A DNA stretch of 64,000 nucleotides from Vicugna vicugna (taxonomy: Eukaryota). Each line of letters begins with the position of its first letter. Positions within the stretch are counted from its first letter, which is position 1. Made by a program: the position numbers and the translations under genes. Location: positions 5,936,118-6,000,117 of the forward strand of contig MU058781.1 in assembly GCA_013265495.1 (NCBI GenBank), read 5' to 3'. Positions 37,500-48,765 of the stretch are shown here, one piece after another. Below the pieces are notes generated by a model. It saw only the letters and a list, made by a program, of their open reading frames with translations, was not told the origin of the DNA and did no database searches.

Positions 37500-38860
37500 C
37501 TTCGGGGGGGTGGGGGCGGGCACCCTCCGGCGGGCGGCGGGGCGAGCCGCTCCGAGCACCGCGAGCGCACGGCACGGCGGCCGGCCCGCGCCCTTAACCC
37601 TTCGGTGCGCGCTGCCCCGGCTCCACGGCCTCCGGGGAAGCGGGCGCGTTCTCCTCACACCCGCTCGGGATCCGGGGAGCGCGGGGCGGGAGGGGAGACC
37701 CAGGCCGGAGGAGACAGTTCTTCCAGGTTTGGGAAAGGGGCGGGGAGCTGAAGCGATGAGGTAATTTTAGCGGTGACCGGTCGGTCCTCGCGCGCCTCCC
37801 CGGGTCCCTGCATCTAGTTGGAGGGACATAGCGACAGCGGTTGCGACTCAGGCACCCTGGAGGGTCTCCAAGGGGTGTCGATCTGCAAGTCGGAGCCCAC
37901 GAAATACCCCAAGGGAGAGAGGAGGTGGGCCAATTCTGATCCCGACGTGCCCTTCGTCCCGGGAGCGCCGAGAAGCGTCTAAGAGGGCTGACTCCGATCT
38001 TCACGCACGTTAACCCTCAAACCGGTTTAGCCTCGGCGTTCCGGAACCCAGACCACCAAGCCGCGAGAATTATCTTTGCGTGCAACTCAAGAAAGTTTTC
38101 AGGGTTCCCCCCGCCCCATCTGCACGTGCACCCTCACCTTTCCTGTCTGTGAAAGCTGGCTGACCTCCCTGGCCTCCTTTCTCTTTCTGCAGGTCCGGAA
38201 ATCTTGGGACCTGGATATGGAACTACCCAGCTCTAGCCTGGGTAGACGACCCGCGCTCTCCTCTCGCCGCTAATTCGGGATCATTATTTTAATCGGAAAT
38301 GAGGTAACCAGTGTAGGAGATAGAGAAAGCAAACCGAGCATCAAATGGCAGTTCTGGTGAATCCGCTCCGAAGAACTTCCTCTGGACTCAATTTTTAAGT
38401 GCGGTTCTCCACGCCTCTCCACCCAGCCCCTCCGCAGGTACCACCGCCAGGCGTTAGCTGGAAGGAAAGGAATTTTGAATGGGTGGTACCTGGCCAACAG
38501 GTGTGGCACCTGGAGGAAGAGAAGGCACATCCATGCTAAAGGGAGCTCAGTGCGGCGTTCTCCGGGCTGCAGACCATTCTGGAAGACCGGTAGGTGTTGG
38601 GGCAGCATTTGACCTCTTTCAGGTGCTTAGAACTAAGTGTCTAGAAACATGATCCCTCCACATAAGTTTCTCTCTGGAAGCCTCTGCTATTGAATGTAAG
38701 CTGTATGTGAGAAACCTTTTGGCTTGAATTTACTTATGACCTAATGGTTAGTCACCAACTGAAGCAGAATACAGAATTACCAAGAGAAATGTGTCGGCTC
38801 TTTTAACAACTGTATCGTACAGCCAAGGTCCTGCAGAAATAAAAATAAGCATCCTATAAC
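37500..38860 (+). ncRNA. Candidate divergent spliced lncRNA (positional equivalent of human ATXN1-AS1)
   Basis: Plus-strand donor GAG|GTAATT (37760), branch CTGAC (38160) + polypyrimidine + CAG|G (38192), donor GAG|GTAACC (38303), acceptor ctctttcag|G (38622), AATAAA (38838). No expression data. Confidence 0.4.
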
Positions 38861-40189
38861 TAGGAAGGTGTAGAGCCCCGGAAATAACTTTTTCTCACAT
38901 TTTGAAATACCATGCACATATACATTGCTATTTTTAAAGAACTACTACTACTGTTTACTCGTTTCTACAACTTTTTTTTTTTTCATTTAAAAATCAATGA
39001 TGGTTACGGCTTAAACCCCGGGTTGGTCTAAAGTGACATTGTTGGTCTCATTACAGCCTCTAGTGGACAGTTAAAATCAGTTTCCTGAAAAGGCTCTGCC
39101 TGGTGGTGTGTTCCTTGACAAGCATTATCAAGGTGAAGGTTAATATCTCAGAACATAGCCGGGTAATATCTCTTCCTCTGATTTGGCAGAGCCGGTTTCT
39201 GAAAGGAGCAGAAACTGTTGGCTCTGCACAGAGAAGACGTATGCTTTGTGAGGCAGGTATTATTATTACTGGCCTGTGAATAAACAGAGAACTTCTGCTC
39301 TTCATTTCAGTTTCAGACAGCTTTCATAAAAAAATAAATTCATCTAAAATATTTTTATAACAGAAAATATTGGTTGCCATGTTTTTGGCTTAACTTAGAT
39401 GTTTTCATTCCAACTCCTAATCTGCAGACTGTCCAATCCACCTCCACTCTATTTTTAGATATCTTACATTTAGAGAATTTTGGGTAAAAAAAAAATTAAA
39501 AAGAGCTAATATTTAAATTATTACACTGACACAAGCAGTTAATTTATTTTAACAACCTTAAACAAATTAAAACGCATAATTCAGATTAGAGTTAGTCAAT
39601 TAATTTAAATGCTCCCTCAAGGAAACTAAATATGTTTATTACCCAAACAGTAAGAACAATTAATAAGAACTGTGTCATTTACTTACTTAGCCATTAAGAT
39701 TAAAGCCATAAACTGCCATTAAAATCTGTAACTATTTCTTCCTGCAAGGTCCAACATAAACATCATACCCACGATACAGTTTTCATTACCTTTCGTACCA
39801 AAATGTTTTCTTTTCAGATGGCAAAATATAACTGGCGCTGATTCTGTAAAAAACCAATACTTTCTCATGCAAATAAAAACTCAATGAAAGAAGAATGGGG
39901 CTTTCAAGAAGCCAGTAAGCAAATCTGTAGTACGATAGTCCTGTTCATAAATCTGATACTATATTCGTACAAGTATAAGTCAAACCTTGAAATTAAAGGA
40001 AACTGAGAAATGAGGCCTATGGAACGTTCCTGCCAGTCTACGTTCTGCATTGCTTAAACACCACAGAGAATCATTTTCATCTCTTGTGTCTATTTCACTG
40101 TTTTGGTAATATCTACTTTTGAAGGTGTAAAATGACCTATCAAGTATCTTTTATGTAATATATTTACATATCACATCTTGCTTCTGAAA

Positions 40190-40337
40190 GCAGTCTTCAG
40201 AGCAGCACCAGCAGCATCTGGAAGCTTTCTAGACATTCAGTGTGAGAGAGTTCCACCCCAGACCTATTGAATCACAGTGTGTCTTTTAACCAGCCCCCCG
40301 GTGATTCCTGAGCGCATTATCGTGTGAAGCACACTGT
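40190..40337. mobile_element. MER5A-type hAT MITE
   Basis: accagcagcatctggaagctttctaga...ccaccccagacctattgaatcac...ttttaaccagccccccggtgattcctg. Confidence 0.8.
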
Positions 40338-42435
40338 CTGTACTACAGGGCTCTGTCTAGATGAATTTGGCCACAGATGCAGAACTTAATTCTTCTATTT
40401 ATTCTTTTTTAATTCCCTTCCCCTTTTTGCACTTTTTAATGAAAAATGACTACATTTTATGCTTTGGTCCAACAGTACGGCATTCCAGAAGGGCCCTGAT
40501 TTATGCACAAATCTGCATCATCATTGCCAAGAGAACACTCGGTAAGGAACGTACCAGGGTCTTGAACATGAAGGTTTTCTTCACGGCAGCAGAGGGAGCA
40601 CAAGAGTGCTTAATAAAGCAAGTGTGCAGGCCCTCCACATCGGAAGGGATTTTTCGTTGCAGTAGATGTCTTCATTGGAAGTAGCCTCATACAGAGTACA
40701 AAACAAAAACAGGCAAACACAGACAGCTTACCAGCTTGTAAAAACTAGATGACTGAACTGATTGGAAATGAAATAGACTATACATATTCTTAGTTAGCGA
40801 ATCAGGCTTGAATTCTTAAAAGAAAGTGGACCTAAGCAGTCATATTTGGAAAAAGATGCCCTCACTTTTCTCCAGTTCAAAATAAAGACAGCACAATGCA
40901 GAGTGAGGCAACCTCTAAGAGTCACCCCTGCTTCTCTAAAAACTTTGGGGTCAGGTAACCCAACACTACATCAGAGAAGTTTGTTTCATTTGGAGTCATA
41001 TATGTTGGTGAAAGGAGATGTATTTCTCACCAAGTTCACTTTCACAGGAATTCGGGGGGTTTATCTTTCATGTTTGCAGTGGGGAGGATTTAGGTTTCAA
41101 TTATATCTATGTAACTTTTCATACAGCCCTTCCATATTGCATCTTCAAATGCTCCTGTGAGGTGGTTAAGACATGGCATTCAAGCTCAGCCTCAAAAAAG
41201 TTTTCAAACTGGCTTGTGCCTTCATAGCACTGGGTCACTCCGTTGTAACAGTAATCCATGAAGATGATCAGAAATGAGGGAAATCACAGATGTTTAAGAT
41301 TGGCAGCACGTTCTTTACTGTTGTAAAGGTTTTTCCAAATTATTAGTGAATATTTAATAAGTGAGTATTTAAATAAGAGACTGAGGAATAGAGATGGTCT
41401 TCATTCTCAAGCTACTTTTTAAATGTGTTTATCATTGTGCAGCTACAAAAACTAGGCCCTGGGAATATAAAAATGAGTAAGACAATTATGTTTACAAGGA
41501 ATTCACAGCAAAACAAATCTTATCTTTTGAAAAGTGTCCATTTTTCCCATGATGAAACTTAAAGATTCTTAGTTGATAGATTCAGCACCTCTCAGAATCA
41601 TGGTACTAATCAGACTTCCAAATATGAGAATCAAATACTAGAATCACTGAGAATTTGGGAGGTGGGAGGGTGATTGTATAACTCTTCAGCAAAAATTATT
41701 TACAAGCTAATATTAATATTTCAAATTTGTAAAACAAAATGTACAGATACATCATGTATTTTATCTGTCTAAATGCCTTCCCCAACCCCCAAAAAATCAC
41801 GAGTAAATTTAAGTGGTTAACATTTATTTATATCTGCTTAAAAAATTGTTAAAAAGAATTTCCTCCTACACAAAAGAAAGATTTACCAAATTTTGACCTG
41901 GAGCCATTTGTTATGGCTTTGTAATAAATCCCCCAAAGTTGAATTTTTAATGGAAACACTGACAGACCTTTAACCACGGTATTATAAGAAGGGTGCTATT
42001 CCACACGTGTCATTTAAAAATCTGAGCAAATCACAGTGTGCTTCCAAAAGCAATATACTTTCCTTAGATTACACTCCCAAATAGAGCTGGAGAAACCAGA
42101 AAAGTAAAACAAACTAAAAACAAAAGTGAAAACCAGTCACACAATGGACTCTGAGGTCAGCTGGCCACACCCAAAGTGAAGTCACTGGGCTCTTTTCATG
42201 GCACAGAGACTCTTAAAAAGACATGCCCTTGAATCATCTTTCTTGACCCTCCACCAAACTAACAGCATAGGCTTCTGGGTAATGAAAATGACATCACCAA
42301 TAGTCAAGAATTAAATTCAGATCATTGTATTTAAACATTTGCCAACAGTTTATGACTTAACAGTACACACACTAGGCAATTTTAAATAGAATTCTGTCTA
42401 CAATTAAAAACAAACACAAGTGCTTTACTAGAGGT

Positions 42436-42746
42436 CTGCACTGTCCAGTATGACTTTTAAGCCCTTGAGATGTGGTTTGTTTTTTTTGAGATGTGTTTTA
42501 AGTGTAAAGTATACTTGGGATTTTAAAGAACATACACACACACATATACGTACACATATGCACATATCTATACATATATATCTCAGTAATTTTTATATTG
42601 ATTAAATGTTGAAACTATTCTGCATATATTAGGTTAAATAAAATACATTGTTAAAATTAACATACCTGTTTCTTTGTACTTCTTAGTGTGGCTGCTATAA
42701 AATTTAAAATGGCACGTGTCCATTATATTTCTAATGGACAGCCCTG
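42436..42746. mobile_element. MER33/MER3-type hAT-Charlie MITE
   Basis: Terminal inverted repeats ctgcactgtccagt ... aatggacagccctg; internal gagatgtgttttaagtgtaaa and ttaggttaaataaaatacattgttaaaattaa. Confidence 0.8.
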
Positions 42747-45714
42747 GATAAGGGGGCCCAGGAGGGGCAGGAATTAGTTCTAAGAACCCACAGCTGGAGA
42801 TCTTAGAATCCTGGCGGGGCTCTCTGCAGCAGTGTAGTAGATGATCAGTTACTTTTCTACCTTCCTGAAGTTTACCCCTTGCAGTGTGTAACATGGACCT
42901 TATCCCTGGTCAAAGTGATCCCTGAGAGTAACCTATTGGTAAAGGCATAATCTCACTAGTAGATCTGGTATGTGCCAGCAAAACAAAAATTTGTTGGGAT
43001 TATCTGTTAAGACTAAAAATCTGTTAGACTCAGTCTTTGAGTGGCTGGGGTTCCTCAGGTACTTTGCTACCCTGGGAGGCTGATGGAAAACTTACACTCT
43101 ATTTTTAAAAGCACAAGCATTCTGGAATTATAGCTGGTTTTGTGGCTTATGGCTGAATGGTTAGGGGTGATACCTTTTAATGACATATGGCTTTGGGCAT
43201 GGATAATGAAAAGCATACAATTGCTGCTTAACTAGAAAATAAATCAAGGCCACTGAAAGGAAACCTTTTTCTAAAAAAAAACTTTCTAATATACTTAGTA
43301 CAATAGGACACGTCAAAAGGAAATGAGATGTTTTTAACCACTATTATATGGTTTATTTTGCAAGCAAAACCTAGATATATTTTTATCAATGTAACTATGA
43401 CCAAGACTGAACGTAATGCAATGACGTATGAAATAACGGAATTTATGGTCTTAATCATCTATAGAACATAGCTCTTCTTACATGAAAAGAAAATGAACAT
43501 TTTAAGGCTTAGAATGAGTGAGTTGAACTTTGCTTGGTATTGGCTGGGAGCATTTGGAAATCTATTAAAAGCATTTCATTAACAACTTGGCATTTTGTTT
43601 CCTCAAAAGAAACACATTTTCCAAATTAAAATCAAAGCCACCATTGTGTACACTAAGATACTGGCGGACGTGGGGTTGTACTGGTTAAAGCTTAGGGTGC
43701 CTTCAAACTAAGATCAGGGGGCAATCACAGGCTAAAACAAATAAACATCAAATTGTTTCGGAAGGAGAGAAGCGAAGTTCTTTGTTATTCTAACTTTGCG
43801 ACATTAAAATACATAGCTATAAGCTCTCTCAAGGGTTACTTTATTTTTCTTGAGTCAGTATCGGTTAGAAAAAGCTAATCTAAAAGAGGGTCAGATTTGA
43901 AGACAATTATTTTATGAGGAATTTACCAAGTTTACCCCAAAGGGAAAGAGTTAGAGAAAATGCATTGGAAAACTTTGCTTTTTGACATAAATAGCTAAAG
44001 GAAACTGTCCGTGTCAGGATTTCAGCGGGGGTTGTCAGACAGTTTGATGTTTAGAGAATCCCTGTCTGCCAGGTCTCTGCAAAGTTTAAATGCTGGGAGA
44101 CTTTGGGGAGCTCTCAAGACTGATGACTGAAGGTCCGGATTTGCTTTGTGCCGTGGCACAGACATGAAAAGATAGCTCCTGCCACAGAGGCTTTCTGACA
44201 GAGCAGAATAATAGCACTCCGACCTAAACTGTAAATTACAAACAACCCCTTTTTAAGTACAAAATGAATGCACAGAATGGAAGACCCTGTCAGCTAGGAT
44301 GCGAGTAAATCAAGTAGAAGACAAATTGTTCACTCACACCACTACAGCCAGATTTTTATCCTGCTAACCGTCCTGTCATGGGAGAGCTTTTCCTCTTTGT
44401 CAGATCAAAAGAGAAATTAACACTCCATTGTAATTCTAATATACCAGGCATCAGATGCACCTCCTCTGAAAGCCAATCGAGTTACACAAGGTGAGGTGTC
44501 CTGAACCCTCCCCCTACCTCTGGTCTCAAAGTTGTAGCCGAAATACCAATAGTAAGAACATGTGACCCCCATCACTCCAGCGCGAGCTGCTTCTGCAGTC
44601 AATTTCATAATGACTTCGCTCCGCCTCTCTGCTCAGCACTTCCTTCCCCCTCGCTCTCCTCTCTCCCCCACCCCCAGCAATGAATCATCGTGCATTTAAA
44701 GAGACTTCGATGACCCAGTGTGAACTTTACTGGCATCCTGTACATTCTTATGCCAAAAATGGGGAGCTGCTCTGTGACAGAAACCTCACCAGATCCCGAT
44801 GCAGATCTCAGCAGCAGCAAGCTTGGGTGCTTATCTGGGAAGATCAGTGAGGAATTAATTTTCCTAGATCCTGGTGGTGATTCAGAATTGCCTATCTCAG
44901 TTCACGATCAGGTTTTTAAGAACCCAGTTCAGCTCTCTGTGCAGAAAGGAATATATCGGAGAAAAAAATGTTGGCAGATCTCCTTATGCAATCAGGGCAG
45001 AGGAATTTATACCACATCAGCCTTTTGATTTCTCCAGATCTGGCTGAGGATGGAGGTTTTTCCATATTTGTGCTTTGGCAAATGTGTCCGAGAGTGAACT
45101 CCTCCGTATAGACGCTCCTCGTGTTCTCCCAGCGTCCTGGGTGCTTGCTTGTGCACTTATTAAAACCAGAAACATTTTTGCCCCTTTCATTTGTTTAGTA
45201 CTGTTTCTGAGTAATACAGATTAAGTAGACGGTCTGGGCCTTGCTTTTCGAGACTTTTCACCCTGTTTAAGGTGGGAAGGGGCGGATCCCTGAAATAACA
45301 GGGCGCTTTCGCGGGTACTTTCTGTCTACACGGGAAGCTCTTTGCGTGGCGATTCAATCCTCCTCCTTGGAGATCAGCTCAAGCACCAACACTTCTGTGA
45401 AGTCTTTCCTGATTAGCACAAGAGTTTGTGGCTCTGCCCAATGTGTGAGTCAGAGAAGTGCTATTTTCTTATTCTTTTTATTTATACAATATATTTTTTT
45501 AAACTCTGACAGAAAAAAAAAAAATACCAGGGCCGTAAGCACAGATGGAAAGAGTATTCTAAGGGAGAGCGTCTCTTATCTAATATTTCCTGTTACTCCC
45601 AAACCCGTTTGATCTCCACATACCATTTCCCATGTAACTGTTTTCCCTTTTTATTGCTGCATTTATGTAGCTCCCTGCACTGGTCAGTCCTCCATGTAAG
45701 TTCCTGTTACCCTC

Positions 45715-46709
45715 TGTTGTGGGTTGAATGGTCTTCCCCTGAAAGATACATTGAAGTCTTAATCCCCAGTAAAGTGAGTATGACTATTTGGAAATAGGGT
45801 CTTTGCAGATATAATTAGTTAAGATGAGGCCTTACTGGATAAGGGTAGACCTTAAGTCCAATATGCCTGAGGTTCTCATAAGAGGAGACTCAGGAGACAT
45901 GGGGAATGGGAAGAAGGCCATGTGAAGACAGAGGCAGAGATGGGAGTTATGCTGCCATAAGCCAAGGAAAGCCAAGAATGGTCAGAACCACCAGGAGCTA
46001 GAAGAGGCAAGGAAGAACCTAAATGGCCATCAACAAATGACTGGATAAAGAAGATGTGGTATACATATGCACCGGAATACTACTCAGCCATAAAAAAGAA
46101 TAAAATAATGCCATTTGCAGCAACATGGATGGACCTAGAGATGATCATACCAAGTGAAGTAAGTCAGACAGAGAAAGACAAATATCATATGATATCATTT
46201 ATATGTGGAATCTAAACAGTGATACAAATGAACTTGGTTACCAAACAGAAACAGACTAAATAGACTCACAGGCATAGAAAACAAACTTACGGTTACCAAA
46301 GGGGAAAGGGGTGGGGGAGGGATATATTGGGAGTTTGGGATTAGCAGATACAAACTACTATACACAAAATAGGTAAACAAGGTCCTACTGTACAGCACAG
46401 GGAATTACATTCAATATCTTGTAATAACCTATGATGAAAAAGAATATATGTATATAGGTATAACTGACTCACTACGCTGTACACCAGAAACTAACACAAC
46501 ATTGTAAATCAACTATACTTCGATAAAGAAAATAAATAAAACAGAAAAGGCAAGGAAGGACTATTCCCTAGAGCCTCATGGGGAGCAAGGCCCTGCTGGC
46601 ACCTTCATTTTGGACCACTAGCCTCCAGAACTGGGAGAGAATACATTTCCCTTGTTTTAAGCCACCCAGTTTGTGGTGCTTTGTTACAGCAGCCCAGGAC
46701 ACTCATACA
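45715..46709 (+). mobile_element. MaLR solo LTR (MLT1B/C-like) interrupted by an L1
   Basis: TG...CA termini with 5-bp TSD ccctc (45710 and 46710); tttggaaatagggtctttgcagat, ggccatgtgaagacagaggcagaga, ttttaagccacccagtttgtgg. Confidence 0.92.
46016..46542 (+). mobile_element. 5'-truncated L1 (ORF2 C-terminus + 3'UTR) nested in the LTR
   Basis: Encodes PKWPSTNDWIKKMWYTYAPEYYSAIKKNKIMPFAATWMDLEMIIPSEVSQTEKDKYHMISFICGI*; TSD agaagaggcaaggaag (46000) / agaaaaggcaaggaag (46543). Confidence 0.95.
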
Positions 46710-47339
46710 CCCTCTTTATGAGACCCCTGGTGACAGATATGTCGCATTCTCCTTTCTTTCTATTTACATGTATGGCCCTCCCTCTTTCCTCTGTATGTAC
46801 ACATAGGTAATCCTTTCTGGATGCATGTTCTTTTACTCATGACAATACCAATAAATAAAAGGTCCAATGGAATACAACAGCGGTTAAGATTGTTCTAGAA
46901 CCACCTCTCCAACCTTCCAGAAACATCTGGCTTCTGGCCGGAAGCACGGAGGTTGACGGAGGTCTGGGGGAGGGCCTGCGCTGGACCTCTGCTCAAAGGT
47001 CTTCCGGAGGCCTCTTCAGCTCCCTCTACTGGTGCCAGAATGCACCAACAGCTCCCCTTTTCCAAAGTGGCATTTCAGGGTGTGGAGTTGGAGGAGGAAA
47101 AGACTAAAAAACGAAATTCATTGTTTGGCACTGAGGAGGAAATACAACCAAAAAACTGCTGCTTTTTTCTTAACTGTTCATTTGAGTATTACAAAAGTGC
47201 TTGTGAAAACCTCAGCCTTTCTGAGTCTCATCTTTCCAAGCACAAGTGGGAAGCTTGTTTGGTTCGAGGTTTTCCCCAGGAGCTAGGAGGAGGCTGTACA
47301 CTCAAGCTGAGGATCCCGAGGTATGTGTTCTCTCAGAGT

Positions 47340-48245
47340 CCCCGTGAGATGTCTCATCCAGCTCTCGTGCACACGTCTCAGGAGATGGCGGCTCCATCCT
47401 TCAAGATGTTCAGGCCAAAAAGCACCTTGACTCCTCTCTTTCTTTCACACCGGCATCCCATCTGCCCCCCAAATTCAATTGGTTCTGCCTTCAAAATATA
47501 TGCTGAATCTGACCATTGCTCACCACTGGGGCTGCTCCCTCTGGAGCTAAACCACCACTACCACCCACCATCCTTCGTCAGGATTATTGCAGGAGCCCCT
47601 AAATCATCTCTCTGCTTCCAGTATTCAGCTCCCGCTTAGTAGAGCATCTGCATCAGGTGACACCCACAACCCTGCTCAGAAGCATCTCTAGTCTCTTTCC
47701 CACTTGGAGGCAATGTCAAAATCCTCCTGTGGCTTACGAGGCCCCACTCAATCAGGATGCGCTCCGCCTTTCAGATGCCATGTCCTGTCTCCCTCCTCCT
47801 CCTCACTCCCACAGCTCCAGCCTCTCTGTCCTCTTTGCTGTTCCTGAAACAAGCCAGGTGCTCACTTGCCTCAGGGCCTTTCTACTTGCTGGTCCCTCTG
47901 TTTGGAATGCTTTCTCCTGAATATCCACATGGCTCACTCAGTCACCTTCTTTAGCCTTTTTTTCCTTAAAAAACAAAGCAGAAACAAAAAAACAACAACA
48001 ACCTCCCAGCGAAGCCTGCTGTGAGCAGCCTACTTAAAATTATATACCCTGACTTCCCTGATCCCCCGACCGTTCCATAAATGTATTACCTTAGAACATT
48101 CTGAGTCACCTCCTTTCTGTTCGTTTATCATCAGGAGAGCAGAGATTTTTCCTGTCTTATTCACTGATAAACCCCAAACACCCAGAACTGTCTTTGGCAC
48201 ATGATAGGCACCCACTAAGATTCATCAACCATTAAATGAATTAAC
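47340..48245 (+). mobile_element. L2 (L2a-like) 3' fragment
   Basis: ccttgactcctctctttctttcacacc...ttctgccttcaaaatatat...gcctcagggcctttctacttgctggtccctctgtttggaatgc...tggcacatgataggcaccca...aatgaa. Confidence 0.88.
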
Positions 48246-48579
48246 AAATCAGTCATATTTTTCAGGACCTACTATGTGCAAAGCCTTAAGCCCCACATAC
48301 AACAGTTACCTCATAAGCTAATCCAAAATCAATGCATCTTTTCCACACTATGGTATATATTCTATTGACTTGATTTTTGACTTAGTTATACCTGGTATAA
48401 CTGGTAAGGCTGAGTCAGAATGAGCTGGATTTTACATTCAGGCTCAGATTTGTGAAAAGCAAAAAAAAAAAAATCAAAATCACAATTGAAGAGCATGCAC
48501 GAATCTGACAGCAAGTTTTGTGAAAAACAGAAAATGGCACAGCTATAACTTCCAGTAATCATAATTTTTTAAAGCTACC

Positions 48580-48765
48580 ATTGAGATTAAGCTCTTATGC
48601 TATGCCAGGCAACATGGCAAGAGTTTTGCAAATGTCATTTCATCTAATCCCCATGACAATCCTGGGAGATACCACCATGTTTCCCATTTCTTAGATGTTT
48701 AAACTGAGGCTCGGAATTTAAAGGACCTGCCTAAAGTCCAGGGTCATCCAGCACTGGTTTCAAGG
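48580..48765 (-). mobile_element. MIR SINE
   Basis: ctatgccaggcaac...tcatttcatctaatccccatgacaatcctggga...aaactgaggctc. Confidence 0.8.

Larger units (their letters stand above)
35750..38450. promoter_or_regulatory. CpG island / bidirectional promoter region of ATXN1
   Basis: Abrupt switch to very GC- and CpG-rich sequence spanning exon 1 and the start of intron 1; GC boxes (e.g. GGGGTGGGGGCGGG near 37507-37520). Edges approximate. Confidence 0.93.

Noticed and set aside
35852..38004. Many long ORFs (up to 289 aa) on both strands in the CpG island
   Set aside because: Low-complexity G/A/R/P translations expected from stop-poor GC-rich DNA; several span the N gap; no recognisable domain. Only two short ATG-initiated frames are kept as hypotheses.
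46953..47639. 228-aa ORF
   Set aside because: Non-ATG start, 3' part lies in an L2 relic, no recognisable protein similarity.
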